DNA of 64,000 nucleotides from an uncultured Chloroflexia bacterium (lineage in GTDB: Bacteria; Chloroflexota; Limnocylindria; Limnocylindrales; CSP1-4): contig CAWCIK010000005.1 in NCBI GenBank assembly GCA_963795645.1, positions 216,554 to 280,553 on the forward strand, in the 5' to 3' direction. How positions within the stretch are numbered: the first letter of the stretch is position 1; each line of letters opens with the position of its first letter. This document shows, one piece after another, positions 50,225 to 60,277 of the stretch. A program made the position numbers and the translations under genes. The notes below the pieces were generated by a model. It saw only the letters and a list, made by a program, of their open reading frames with translations. It was not told the DNA's origin and did not search any database.

Positions 50225-52064
50225 GTGTCACGCGCTCGAATTCGGGTCCTGCTCGCCGCTCTCTTGTGGTCACGAACTTCCTGATCCTTGTCGGACCGCT
50301 ACATGCGCAGTCCGACACGGTCACCGGCACGCTCCAGCTCCAGCAGCGGATCGCCGTGTCGCCGTCCTCTGTCGCGGTCATCACACTTACCGACCGGTCC
50401 AAGGACGGAGAGGGCACGATCATCGGCCAGCAGCGCATCGACGGCGCGACCGGCAATGACGCGTTCGCGGTGCAGTTCGATCCGGCGGTGATCAACCCCA
50501 AGCATGCCTACTCCATCTACGCGTCCCTCATCGATGGCAACAAGCAGTGGCAGAACCCCGAGCCGGTCCCGACCATCACGGGCGGACCAACCGAGGGGCT
50601 GGTCGTGCCACTGAACCTGCCTGCCTACCAGACGTCCGGCCAGATAAGCGGCACGCTCGCACTACCCGCCGGGACCGGTGCCGAGCATCTCTGCAGTGGC
50701 CTTCGCCGCGCTCTCGGACGCGACCACAGGCCGCGTCGTTTCGCGCCAGGTGATTCCCTCATCCGACTACGCTGCCCGTGCCATTCACCGTTGGCTACGA
50801 CGCAGCTCTGATCAACCCCGACGACGCCTACGTCGTGGTCGGTGGCCTTATCGACGGTTCTGCGCTGTGGGCGTCACCGCGTACCCCGATCGCGCCTGAC
50901 GCGACCTACGACCTCACTTTGGCCCTGACGGGCAGCGTGATTCCGGGCCAAGCCACTCCGACCCCGGAGGCAAGTGCCACGCCGGGGGCGAGCGGGACAC
51001 CCGAGACGAGCCAGGCACCTGGCGAATTGCCGAGCAGCCAGCCATCTATCACGCCGGAGCCAACAGCCACGCCGACGGAGGCACCGACAGCGACGCCGAC
51101 GGAGGCGCCTACAGCTACGCCGACCGAGGCGCCGACGGCCTCTGTGACGCCCGCGCCAAGCGAGTCCGCTCAGCCGTCCGAGAGCGCCGCGCCAAGCGAG
51201 AGCCCGATCCCCGTCCCCGGCACGGTCACCGGTCAGGCAACATACAAGGAGCCTGCGACCCTGACGGACGCCTCCGTGCTGACCGTTGTCGTCGTCCAGG
51301 TCAATGGTCCTGCGGTCGAGACTGTCGGCGAGCAGCAGATCAGGAACACCGGCCCAGTGCCGATCTCGTTCAGCGTCACGCTCGATCCGACGCTCCTGGA
51401 TCCGACGAAGGACGCCTTCCTGTACGCGTCACTCGTCGACGGCACGAACGCCTGGACGTCTGACAGCGGCATCAAGGTCGCGACCAACGGCGCGCCGACC
51501 ACTGACGTTCAGGTGCCACTCGTGTTCCGTCCTGACCTGATCGAGGGCCAGGTGACAGGCGCGATCACGGATCTCCCGTCCGATATCTCGCTCAACGCGT
51601 GGGCGATGGCCTTCGTCATCAACCAGTCCGACGGGTCAATACTGGGCCTCACGTCCGGGCCGATTTACGGCTCGACTCTCGTGCCCTTCCAGATCCCGTT
51701 CCCGGTCGAGAATGTCGACCGGACGCAGACCTATCTGGCAGCGGCCACCGTGTTCGACGACACGCGCACGTTCCGCAGCGCGGAAGGCGTGCCGGTGATC
51801 ACCAACGGCAATCCATATACGAATGTCGTCCTGCCGGTCATCGAGGTGTCGCCGAGCCCGACTCCGAGCCTGGAAGCGACACCCACGGCCGCACCTCCGA
51901 CAACGGCTCCAACGCCTGCGCCAACCACGGCCCCGGTGGCCACGGCGACCCCGACGACTTCGTCAGGATCGACCGGTGGTGGTATCGACCCGCTCGTGCT
52001 GGCTGGCGTAGCCGGGATCTTGATCGTCGGGTTGATCGTTGTCGTGATCATCAGGAGACGCTGA
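50225..52064 (+). pseudogene. Membrane-anchored envelope protein with four YbaY/YscW-like lipoprotein-domain repeats and PT-rich linkers, three frameshifts near the 5' end as assembled
   Basis: GTG at 50225 after GGAGG gives the signal-like MSRARIRVLLAALL. The frame switches near 50263, about 50670 and about 50765. Four similar units each contain [TI][VS][TS]G..., an SV-rich beta segment, and [FY]...[DN]P...AY...A.L[IV]DG...W. Linkers are TEAPTATP x3 and TPAPTT. The C-terminal TM is LVLAGVAGILIVGLIVVVIIRRR. The family assignment is tentative. Confidence 0.5.
51063..51140 (+). repeat. In-frame 24-nt tandem repeat (3 copies) encoding (T-A-T-P-T-E-A-P)3
   Basis: Units such as acagccacgccgacggaggcaccg and acagcgacgccgacggaggcgcct. 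Confidence 0.7.
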
Positions 52065-52085
52065 CGCGGATCTGAGATCTGAAAG

Positions 52086-52116
52086 AGGCCGGCCGCCCAT
52101 CATGGGCGGCCGGCCT
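52086..52116. terminator. Bidirectional hairpin between convergent genes (envelope repeat protein and pcrA)
   Basis: AGGCCGGCCGCCCA-tca-TGGGCGGCCGGCCT is a perfect 14-bp inverted repeat, flanked by A-rich (GAAAG) and T-containing (TTGTCGATT) sequence. Confidence 0.6.
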
Positions 52117-52128
52117 TGTCGATTCCAG

Positions 52129-54930
52129 CTAGCCGAGGATCTCGAGGTTGGCCAGGGAGGCGAGGAGCTTCTTCACGCCACGTTCGGGGAACGCGACAGT
52201 GACCTCCTCGTCGTCGCGCGTCAGCTTCGAGGTCACGACGGTCCCTTCGCCGAACGCCGGATGGCGGACGTGGTCGCCGTCACGGAAGCGGCGCTCACCC
52301 GGGATCACGGGGCGCCCCGGCGCCACGGACCTAGTCGGCGGGGGCAAATGCGATTGAGGCGACGGATCGTCCGGGAGATCAGCCGTTTGCTGCCCGTAGT
52401 AGAGCTCGCGCCGAGCGTTGAGATCGCGGGACGGCTTGAAAGGCTCGCCTTCGCGCGGGGCGCCCGGCGGCGGCGTGTAGCCACCGCCGGGCGGCAAGGC
52501 CCGGCCGCCGCGCATCGAAACGGAGTTGGATCCGCCATTCATCCACGAAGCGCGCCGACCCACGAGGCGCGAGGCAGCGCGCGGCCCAAGGATGTAGCGC
52601 AGGTCATAGCCGTCGCCCGCGCGCTCCTCCTCGGGCCTCTGATCGTCGTCCGCGTCGTCCTCCATGGCCACGAGTCGAGGCCCGTGCATAAGCTCCGCCG
52701 GGATCTCCATCAGGAAGCGCGAAGGGATCGAAAACCCTCCCCTGCCCCACGTCGCGCGGGTAGCGGCATGGGTCAGGTACAACCGGTGGCGCGCGCGGGT
52801 GAGCCCCACGTATGCCAGCCGCCGCTCTTCCTCCATCTGACGCGGGTCGTCGAGCGACCGTGAATGAGGGAATACGCCCTCCTCGAGGCCGGTGATGAAG
52901 ACGACGTCGAACTCCAGGCCCTTCGCGGCGTGGAGCGTGATGAGCGTCACTGCGTCGGCATCCTTCTCGTACGAGTCCTGGTCTGCCACGAGAGCGGTCT
53001 CCTCGAGCAGGCGATCGAGGGCATCCTCGGGGTCGAGGTCTGCGTAGCGCGTGACCACCTCGCGCAGCTCGAGCAGGTTGGCCCAGCGATCCTCGCCTTC
53101 CTGCGACCCGTCGAAGAGCATCTGGCGGTAGCCCGACTGCTCGAGCACTACGTCGAGCAGCTCGGGCAGGTCGAGCACGCCGATTCGCCTGCGCAGCTTC
53201 TCGATCATCGCCACGAAGCTCGCGACAGCAGTTCTCGTTCGCGTGGCGACCGCAATTTGTGTCGAATCCGAGGCCGCCAGCGCGCGCAGAGCCTGCCATA
53301 CGTCGCCTTCGAGCCGGGTGGATTCGGCGCGCACGGCACTGATCGTCTTGTCGCCGATTCCGCGTGGCGGGACGTTGATGATCCGCTCGAAGGCGGCGGT
53401 GTCCGTGTCGCTGCGCAGGACCCTCAGATAGGCCAACGCGTCCTTGATCTCACGTCGCTGATAGAAGCGCGTGCCGCCGACAAGCTGGTAGCGCAGGCCG
53501 TAACGTAGGAAGGCCTCCTCGATCGCCCGGCTCTGCGCGTTGGTCCGGTACATGATCGAGAGGTCGCGCAGGTTGTAGCGTCGATCGTCGCCTTCATCCG
53601 CACGCCGGGCCAGGAACGAGCCCCCTGCACCACGCCCTCCAACGAGCGCCTCCACCTGGCGCGCAACCCACTCGGCCTCCTCGTCCTCGGAGCCTGCCTC
53701 GAAGCGCTCGATGAGAACGCCGCGCGGGTTCTGGGTCCACAGCTTCTTGTCCTTGCGCGCCTCGTTGCGCGAAACGACCGCGTGCGCCGCGTCGAGGATG
53801 AGCTGTGTGGATCGGTAGTTCTGCTCGAGCTTGACGACGGTGGCGTTCGGGTAATCGCGTTCGAAATCGAGGATGTTGCGCAGGTCGGCACCACGCCACG
53901 AGTAGATGCTCTGGTCGTCGTCGCCGACCACGGCGAGGTTCTTGCGTTCCCCGGCGAGAAGACGGATCCACAGGTATTGCGCGCGGTTCGTGTCCTGGTA
54001 TTCGTCAACATGCAGGTAGCGCCAGCGATCCTGGTAGTGGCTGAGCGCGCCGGGCGCCTGTTCCAGGAGACGCACGGCCTCGTTCAGTAGGTCGTCGAAA
54101 TCGAGCGCGCTGGCGGCCTTCAGGCGGCCCTGGTAGGCCCGGTAGGCTCGCGCCGCGATCTCTTCCTGGTAACCGTGCGCAGCGGTCTCGGCCGCTTCCG
54201 GGCCGACCAGGTCGTTCTTCCAGCGCCCGATCTGGCCCAGGATCGCCTGGGGCCGGAGCTCGCTTGTGCCGGCCAGGTCGAGGTCGCGCAGGACGAGCTT
54301 GATAGTGCTCGTCTGATCGTCCGTGTCGTAGATCGCGAAACGCGGGTCGATGCCTATCGCGCTTCCGTCGCGGCGCAGCACGCGCGCACAGAGCGAATGG
54401 AACGTGCCCATCGCGACGTCGCGCGCCTGCTCACCTACGAGCGCCAGGATGCGCGCGCGCATCTCGGCCGCCGCCTTGTTGGTGAACGTCACGGCGAGGA
54501 TCTGCCAGGGCTTCACGCCCTTGACGCCGATCAGGTACGCGACGCGATGCGCGAGCACCCTGGTCTTGCCCGAGCCCGCGCCTGCCAGGATCAGCAGCGG
54601 CCCGTCGGTCGTCGTCACGGCGCGCGCCTGTTCCGGGTTCAGGCGCGAGACGATCTCGGCGGCGAGCGCCTTGCGCTGCTTGGCCGTGTGCACAGCCGCG
54701 TCCTCGGCCTCGCGCCTGACTTGAGTTGCCGGCTGTGAGCCGCGCGACGAGAACCAGTCGGCAAAGTGCGGCGCCTCGTCCACAGCTGCGCTCGGCTCCC
54801 CGGCGGCGTGTCGCTCGCGACCTTTGCGTCGCGCTGCCGGTCGCGGATCGGGCGAATCATCGCTTGGCTCGAGATCCAGGCCGGGACCTTCGTCCGCCGG
54901 CGGCAGGAGATCGAGCGTGTCCTGCACCAT
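52129..54930 (-). CDS. pcrA: ATP-dependent DNA helicase PcrA/UvrD family
   Basis: Contains LNPEQARAV, AGAGSGKTRVL, VDEYQDTN, the VGDDDQSIYSWRGA motifs, and a C-terminal Tudor-like GDHVRHPAFGEGTVV. The frame is intact. The start is ambiguous, either ATG at 54930 or GTG at 54693. The ORF-track extension to 55530 is rejected. Confidence 0.9.
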   Translation of the reverse strand: MVQDTLDLLPPADEGPGLDLEPSDDSPDPRPAARRKGRERHAAGEPSAAVDEAPHFADWFSSRGSQPATQVRREAEDAAVHTAKQRKALAAEIVSRLNPEQARAVTTTDGPLLILAGAGSGKTRVLAHRVAYLIGVKGVKPWQILAVTFTNKAAAEMRARILALVGEQARDVAMGTFHSLCARVLRRDGSAIGIDPRFAIYDTDDQTSTIKLVLRDLDLAGTSELRPQAILGQIGRWKNDLVGPEAAETAAHGYQEEIAARAYRAYQGRLKAASALDFDDLLNEAVRLLEQAPGALSHYQDRWRYLHVDEYQDTNRAQYLWIRLLAGERKNLAVVGDDDQSIYSWRGADLRNILDFERDYPNATVVKLEQNYRSTQLILDAAHAVVSRNEARKDKKLWTQNPRGVLIERFEAGSEDEEAEWVARQVEALVGGRGAGGSFLARRADEGDDRRYNLRDLSIMYRTNAQSRAIEEAFLRYGLRYQLVGGTRFYQRREIKDALAYLRVLRSDTDTAAFERIINVPPRGIGDKTISAVRAESTRLEGDVWQALRALAASDSTQIAVATRTRTAVASFVAMIEKLRRRIGVLDLPELLDVVLEQSGYRQMLFDGSQEGEDRWANLLELREVVTRYADLDPEDALDRLLEETALVADQDSYEKDADAVTLITLHAAKGLEFDVVFITGLEEGVFPHSRSLDDPRQMEEERRLAYVGLTRARHRLYLTHAATRATWGRGGFSIPSRFLMEIPAELMHGPRLVAMEDDADDDQRPEEERAGDGYDLRYILGPRAASRLVGRRASWMNGGSNSVSMRGGRALPPGGGYTPPPGAPREGEPFKPSRDLNARRELYYGQQTADLPDDPSPQSHLPPPTRSVAPGRPVIPGERRFRDGDHVRHPAFGEGTVVTSKLTRDDEEVTVAFPERGVKKLLASLANLEILG

Positions 54931-55014
54931 GGTCTCGGGGACTTCTTTCACCTGCCCGATCGTAGCAGCGGAAGCGTATGCTCCCGCTCCACTCGTCCCA
55001 CCTCGAGGCCAGCT

Positions 55015-55665
55015 TTGAAAGTCTCCCGAGTCCTCCTCCCGCTTGTTGTCCTGGCGTGTGCGGCGTGCGCCACAGTCTCGCCGGCCGCGACCGAGGGCCC
55101 GTCCGGGTTGGCTTCGCTGCCGCCGTCGGCATCCGTTCCTGGATCGCTGGCACCGGACACTGCAATGCCAACCTCCGAAGCTACCGCGGAGGCGAGCACC
55201 GAGGCCACGCCGGTCACGACACCGGCTATCGAGCCACCGCCGACTCCGACGAGCACGCCTACGCCAACACCCAGTGCCAAGCCAACCAAGAAGCCAACCC
55301 CAACCCCCAGCCCCACGCCGAAGCCGACCAAGATTGACCTGGCCATCCTGGTCATGACAGATGACCTCCCCAACCCCTGGTACAACAACACTGATTACAA
55401 GATCCCGATACATGTGTCCGTTGCCGGCAGCGATGTTCCGCCCGTAACGGTCAAGGTCTCCATTCCACAGGAACAGTTCTCGGTCACCTACCAGACTGGG
55501 CCGATATCGGATGGGTCCGAGGACGTGCACGACGTAACCATCAATGTTCCTGCGATCGGCCCGGCGACATTGACCCTGGCAGTAAAGACTCCCCCCGGCT
55601 TCACCGACATCGTGCCCGCCAACAACAAGGTCCAGATCTCGATCGAGATCCAGCTGGCTCCGTAG
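55015..55665 (+). CDS. Lipoprotein with PT-rich linker and CARDB-like beta-sandwich domain
   Basis: TTG start. Lipobox LVVLACAAC. The linker is PPPTPTSTPTPTPSAKPTKKPTPTPSPTPKPTK. The C-terminal domain ends in the CARDB-like FTDIVPANNKVQISIEI. Confidence 0.5.
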   Translation: MKVSRVLLPLVVLACAACATVSPAATEGPSGLASLPPSASVPGSLAPDTAMPTSEATAEASTEATPVTTPAIEPPPTPTSTPTPTPSAKPTKKPTPTPSPTPKPTKIDLAILVMTDDLPNPWYNNTDYKIPIHVSVAGSDVPPVTVKVSIPQEQFSVTYQTGPISDGSEDVHDVTINVPAIGPATLTLAVKTPPGFTDIVPANNKVQISIEIQLAP

Positions 55666-55769
55666 CCCGCGCCGCCGCCGGACCAGCCATCACCTCTGAT
55701 GGTTGATCGGCGGTGTTATGTTGGCTCGACTCGCCCGAAGCCCATCGGGCGCAGGAGAGGGAGGGCCAG

Positions 55770-56370
55770 ATGCGACGTCTGGTTGCGGCTGCCGGTGTCG
55801 CCGGCATGTTGCTCATGCTGCTGGCGGTGCCCGCGACGGCAACCGACATCGTTGGCGGTTGCATCGTCGCGGGGCGGTCATTCGACGCGTCCGGCAACGT
55901 GCTCGACGAACGATCGCTGCCAACCGGCACAAGCACTCTTAGCGAACCGTTCAAGGTTGACTGGGACGGCACCATTGACTTCTTGTTTACGACACCGGTG
56001 GTGTTCCAGAACAACCACTGGGCGGTCAAGGTCGACGGCATCCCGGTCCTGTCAGGATCGGACGACAACCCGCGCGACATCGACGAGACGGGCACGATCG
56101 CGATAAACAAGATCTCGCCCGTGCCAGCTCGAATTCGTCGGTGGCGTCCGTGTCGACGGTCAGATCTCGGGCAACAACGACCAGAACACTTGCACCGCCC
56201 AGATCTGGATCCAGATCGTAGGCAATCCAATGGGCACAATCCCGTGGACCGTCGCGATGGGCATGCTCGGCGCTGGAATCATTGGACTCATCGTGACGCC
56301 GTATTCGTCGAGCTGGGAGACCGATCCCGATCACGGCGAGCACCTTCACAGCGGATCGAGTGAGTCATGA
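55770..56370 (+). pseudogene. Secreted or C-terminally anchored hypothetical protein, one frameshift as assembled
   Basis: ATG at 55770 after GGGAGGG. The signal peptide is MRRLVAAAGVAGMLLMLLAVPATA. After ...ETGTIAINKISP (about 56125) the coding-looking continuation LEFVGGVRVDGQISGNNDQNTCTAQIWIQIVGNPMGTIPWTVAMGMLGAGIIGLIV... is in the +1 frame and ends at the TGA at 56370. Confidence 0.45.
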
Positions 56371-56609
56371 CGAGCACCACTGGCGCACCCATGATCCAGC
56401 GCAAGAAGCGCCATCCGATCCGGGGCCTGATCTCCGGGCTGATCTTCGGCCTGGGTCTCGGCCTGATGGCCATCGTCTACAACTTCTACGCCCTGGGCGA
56501 CTTCACCCCCTGGATACTGGTGATCGTGGGCGTCGTCCTTGGTTTTGCCCTTTCGTTCGTGCCACGGCCGTGGGGTCGCAAACCAGCGCCCACCTCCACG
56601 TCGTTGTGA
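56367..56609 (+). CDS. Small two-TM membrane protein
   Basis: The start overlaps the upstream stop (ATGA). Helices are GLISGLIFGLGLGLMAIVY and WILVIVGVVLGFALSFV. Confidence 0.5.
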   Translation: MTSTTGAPMIQRKKRHPIRGLISGLIFGLGLGLMAIVYNFYALGDFTPWILVIVGVVLGFALSFVPRPWGRKPAPTSTSL

Positions 56610-57340
56610 AGGCGGGCAGGGTCAACGCAGCGCTGCTTCTGCTGATCATCTCCCTCGTCGGCTGCAGCGGCTCTCCGGCCCCGACCCAGGCCCCTACCTC
56701 GACAGCACAGCCAGCGACCAGCGCACCATCTGCCGCGACGCCAGTGCCGACCGCGACGCCGACACCTACCCCGACGCCGACGCCGACGCCCAGCCCCACG
56801 TCCAGTCCGGTCGCGACGCCGGAGCCTGCTCAGACGCAGGTCTCGGAGGCGACCCCCACGACTCCGGCATCACCCTCCGGGCCAGCTGGATCCGGCTCGC
56901 CGACCGACATGCTCCTCAGCTATGTGCTTCCTGAGCTCGAGAGCACCTGTTCGCCAATCGATCAGGTATACGACTCGGAGCTTGCATCGATCGAGTGCGG
57001 CGCGCAGGACCTGCCCTTCACCTACAGCCTGTTCGGCTCATTCGCAGACATGGCCGCTGGGTACAACGAGGATCTGAATATCGGCGAGTTTCCGCCCGAG
57101 CAAGGCGGAACGTGCAGCGAAGCCAATTACGAGGCCGCGTACGCCATCGATGGAGCCCCGGTTGGGAGGGTGAACTGCCGCGCACACAGGAACGCTACGA
57201 CCGGCGATCTGTATCACGTCATGGAGTGGACCAGCGACGAGCTGAAGGTGATCGGCTATTTCTCGAACCGAGAGGATCTGCACACCTGGGCAGAGCTGAT
57301 CCAGTTCTGGCAGGAGCAGGCTGGGCCCTTCGCGCCCTAG
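56606..57340 (+). CDS. Lipoprotein with (TP)n linker and a Cys-containing C-terminal domain of unknown function
   Basis: The GTG start overlaps the upstream TGA (GTGA). Lipobox SLVGCSG. The linker is TPTPTPTPTPTPSPT. The domain has 4 Cys (TCSP, ECGA, TCSE, NCRA). Confidence 0.6.
   Translation: MKAGRVNAALLLLIISLVGCSGSPAPTQAPTSTAQPATSAPSAATPVPTATPTPTPTPTPTPSPTSSPVATPEPAQTQVSEATPTTPASPSGPAGSGSPTDMLLSYVLPELESTCSPIDQVYDSELASIECGAQDLPFTYSLFGSFADMAAGYNEDLNIGEFPPEQGGTCSEANYEAAYAIDGAPVGRVNCRAHRNATTGDLYHVMEWTSDELKVIGYFSNREDLHTWAELIQFWQEQAGPFAP
56755..56800 (+). repeat. In-frame (ACN-CCN)n microsatellite-like run encoding (T-P)6
   Basis: acgccgacacctaccccgacgccgacgccgacgcccagccccacg. Confidence 0.6.
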
Positions 57341-57350
57341 CGCTTTTACC

Positions 57351-58028
57351 TCAGATCCGCGCGAGCAGCTCGGACTTCTTGGCCTCGTACTCATCGGCTG
57401 TTATCGCGCCCGAGTCGCGCAGGGCGGCCAGCGAGTTGAGCGTGGCCATTGCCTCAGCCTGAGCGGGCGACGGTCCAGAAGCAGGCATCGGCGGGGCGGC
57501 TTGGGCTGCCCCGGCCGCTCCGCCTGATGCGACCTTCTGCTCGATGACGTGCCTCTTGAGATCTCCTGCCTTCTCCACCGTGGTGAACGTGTCCGAGCCG
57601 GCCTTGCCTGAGGCGGACATGATCTGGACGTCGCCGTAGCCCAACATGCGGCCGAGAGACGACTCGCGCATGCGCAGGTCCGAGATCGAGGTCAGCAGGC
57701 TGTCGGTTGACCTCTTTCGGAGCAGGCCCTCCTGGCCGAACAGGCGCAAGTTGGTGACCACGTACTCCGCGCTTCGCCAGGCCACCACGTTGTAGATGAT
57801 CCAGCCAATGCCACCCAGGAAGAGGGCCAATTCACCCAGCCCGAGAACCCGGTTCACGAAACCCATGACGCCGGCCGCTTGATCTGTCTGGAGCCACGCC
57901 AGAACGAGGGCGCCGATGATCATCAAGGCAGCGACCCCGGAGTCGGCTACTGGCGCGAACCAGTGCTTCTTGGTGCTGAAGACGACATTCTCGCCTTGAA
58001 GCAAGCGTGGATCACTCTGTTCCATCAT
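57351..58028 (-). CDS. Membrane protein with bacterial PH (bPH_2/YdbS-like) domain and C-terminal SHOCT domain
   Basis: Two TM helices are followed by the PH-like YVVTNLRLFGQEGLLRKRSTDSLLTSISDLRM. The C-terminal SGAITADEYEAKKSELLARI is SHOCT-like. Confidence 0.65.
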   Translation of the reverse strand: MMEQSDPRLLQGENVVFSTKKHWFAPVADSGVAALMIIGALVLAWLQTDQAAGVMGFVNRVLGLGELALFLGGIGWIIYNVVAWRSAEYVVTNLRLFGQEGLLRKRSTDSLLTSISDLRMRESSLGRMLGYGDVQIMSASGKAGSDTFTTVEKAGDLKRHVIEQKVASGGAAGAAQAAPPMPASGPSPAQAEAMATLNSLAALRDSGAITADEYEAKKSELLARI

Positions 58029-58112
58029 TCACCCTCCTGCCCTAGATGCTACTGGCACCTGGCCCCCGGCAACCATTCGTTTCAGGTGAGGCCGACGGCG
58101 GGCGACGCGCAA

Positions 58113-58140
58113 GGAAAAGCCCGGACCTCGCGGTCCGGGC
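58113..58140 (-). terminator. Rho-independent terminator of the groES-groEL operon
   Basis: The reverse strand reads GCCCGGACC-gcga-GGTCCGGGC followed by TTTTCC. It lies 32 nt after the groEL stop. Confidence 0.7.
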
Positions 58141-58171
58141 CTCCATCTACTGTTCCAGGCGATGGAGCTGA

Positions 58172-59793
58172 CTAAAAGTCCATGTCTCCGTGGCCGTGGC
58201 CGGCACCGGCGCCGGCTTCCTTCTTCTCGGGCAGGTCGGTGACCAGCGTCTCGGTCGTCAGCACCATGCCCGCGATCGAGGAAGCGTGCTGGAGGGCGGA
58301 GCGAGTCACCTTGGCGGCGTCGACGATGCCCTTCTCGTACATGTCGCCATAGACGCCGCGAAGTGCGTCGTAGCCCTCGCCGACCTTCATGCCCTTGACT
58401 GCGGCACGATGACCGAGCCTTCCTGGCCCGCGTTCTCGGCGATCTGCCGAACCGGTGCCTCGAGAGCGCGGCGGACGATGTTGACGCCGATCATCTCGTC
58501 GCCCTCGAGCTTGAGCTCGTCGAGCGCCGGGATGGCCTGCAGGAGCGCCGTGCCGCCGCCGGCGACGATGCCCTCCTCGACCGCCGCACGGGTGGTCGAG
58601 AGCGCGTCCTCGATGCGGTGCTTCTTCTCCTTGAGCTCGACCTCCGTCGCGGCGCCGACCTTGATCACGGCGACGCCGCCGGCCAGCTTGGCCAGCCGCT
58701 CCTGGAGCTTCTCGCGGTCGTAGTCGGAGGTGGTCTCCTCGATCTGCGCCTTGATCTGGGTCATGCGGCCCTTGATCGCGTCGGCGTGAGCCCGCGCCGT
58801 CGACGATCGTCGTGTCGTCCTTGGTCGAGACGACGCGGCGCGCATTGCCGAAGTCCTCGGCAGTGACGGAGTCGAGCTTGCGCCCGAGCTCCTCGCTGAT
58901 GACGTTGGCGCCCGACAGGATGGCCATGTCGCGCAGCATCTCCTTGCGCCGATCGCCAAAGCCGGGGGCCTTGACGGCGAGCACGGAGATGGTGCCCTTG
59001 AGCTTGTTCACGACCAGCGTGGCGAGCGCCTCGCCGTCGACGTCCTCGGCGACGATGAACAGCGGGCGGCCGAGCTGGACGGCCTTCTCGAGCGCCGGGA
59101 GAAGCTCCTGGATGCTCGAGATCTTCTTGTCGGTGATCAGGATGGCGGGGTTCTCGAGAACCGCCTCCATCCGGTCCGGGTTGGTCACGAAGTACGCCGA
59201 GATGTAGCCCCGGTCGAACTGCATGCCCTCGGTGTATTCCTTCTCGAGGCCGAGCGACTGGCCTTCCTCGACGGTGATGACGCCGTCCTTGCCGACCTTG
59301 TCCATGACCTCGGCGATCGTCTCGCCGACTTCGGGATCGGCGGCGCTGATCGCGGCCACGGCCGCGATCTGCTCGCGGTTGTCGACCGGCCGGGCGTTCT
59401 TCTTGAGCTCGTCGACGACGCGCTCGACGGCCTTGTCCATGCCGCGCTTGACGATCATCGGGTTGGCGCCGGCGGTGACGTTCTTGAGGCCCTCGGTCAC
59501 GAGCGCCTGGCCGAGCACGACTGCGGTCGTCGTGCCGTCGCCGGCAACATCGTCGGTCTTGGTCGCGACTTCCTTGAGCAGCTGCGCGCCCATGTTCTCG
59601 AACGGATCTTCGAGCTCGATGTCGCGCGCGATGGTCACGCCGTCGTTGGTGATCGTCGGCGCGCCGAACTTCTTGTCCAGGACGACGTTGCGGCCCTTGG
59701 GGCCGAGCGTGACCTTGACCGCGTCGGCGAGGCGGTCGACGCCCCGCTTGAGCGACGTCGGGCGGTCTCGTCAAAGATGAGTTGCTTTGCCAC
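58172..59793 (-). pseudogene. groL: Chaperonin GroEL, full-length but with three frameshifts as assembled
   Basis: The GTG start at 59793 after AGGAGG gives [13 protein letters not shown]. The frame slips near 59756 (expected [43 protein letters not shown]). It slips again near 58790 (TIVDGAG / [45 protein letters not shown]) and near 58403 (GSVIV / [13 protein letters not shown]). The C-terminus is [13 protein letters not shown]. Confidence 0.9.
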
Positions 59794-59844
59794 GTGAGTG
59801 GATTCCTCCTACGGCGGCGCCTCGCGAGACGCCAGATCCCTGTT

Positions 59845-60156
59845 TCAGGCGTTCTCGACGATGGCCAGAATGTCCTTCTGGCTGACGATCAGGAGCTCGT
59901 CGCCATCGACCTTGAACTCGGTCCCGGCGTACTTCGCGTAGAGGACGGTGTCGCCCTCCTTGACGTCCATCGGCTCGCGCTTGCCCTCGTCGGTCAGGCG
60001 GCCCGGACCGGCGGCGATGATCTTGCCCTCCTGCGGCTTCTCCTTCGCCGTATCAGGCAGAACGATGCCGCTCTTGGTCATCTCCTCGCGCGGAGTCGGC
60101 TGAATGACGACCCGGTCGCCGAGCGGCCGGAGCTTCGTCGCAGTGGCGGTCGCCAA
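59845..60156 (-). CDS. groES: Co-chaperonin GroES
   Basis: TTG start after GGAGGG. Contains [11 protein letters not shown] and [23 protein letters not shown]. Confidence 0.92.
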   Translation of the reverse strand: MATATATKLRPLGDRVVIQPTPREEMTKSGIVLPDTAKEKPQEGKIIAAGPGRLTDEGKREPMDVKEGDTVLYAKYAGTEFKVDGDELLIVSQKDILAIVENA

Positions 60157-60249
60157 CGCGTTACCCTCCTGTCAAGATCGTGTGCTCGCGAGGCCGGCGG
60201 CGCTGAAAACCCGGCGCGCACGACCAACCGCGGGCAACACTCATTTGGA

Positions 60250-60276
60250 TTAGCACTCTCAACCTGAGAGTGCTAG
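60250..60276. promoter_or_regulatory. CIRCE element (HrcA operator) upstream of groES
   Basis: TTAGCACTC-tcaacctga-GAGTGCTAG compared with the consensus TTAGCACTC-N9-GAGTGCTAA. It lies 94 nt upstream of the groES start. Confidence 0.85.
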
Positions 60277-60277
60277 C

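Noticed and set aside
54931-55530. A 200-codon N-terminal extension of pcrA (ORF 52129..55530).
   Set aside because: It is an Arg/Gly/Trp-rich translation with no helicase similarity. It lies antisense to a well-formed lipoprotein gene (lipobox, PT linker, CARDB-like domain).
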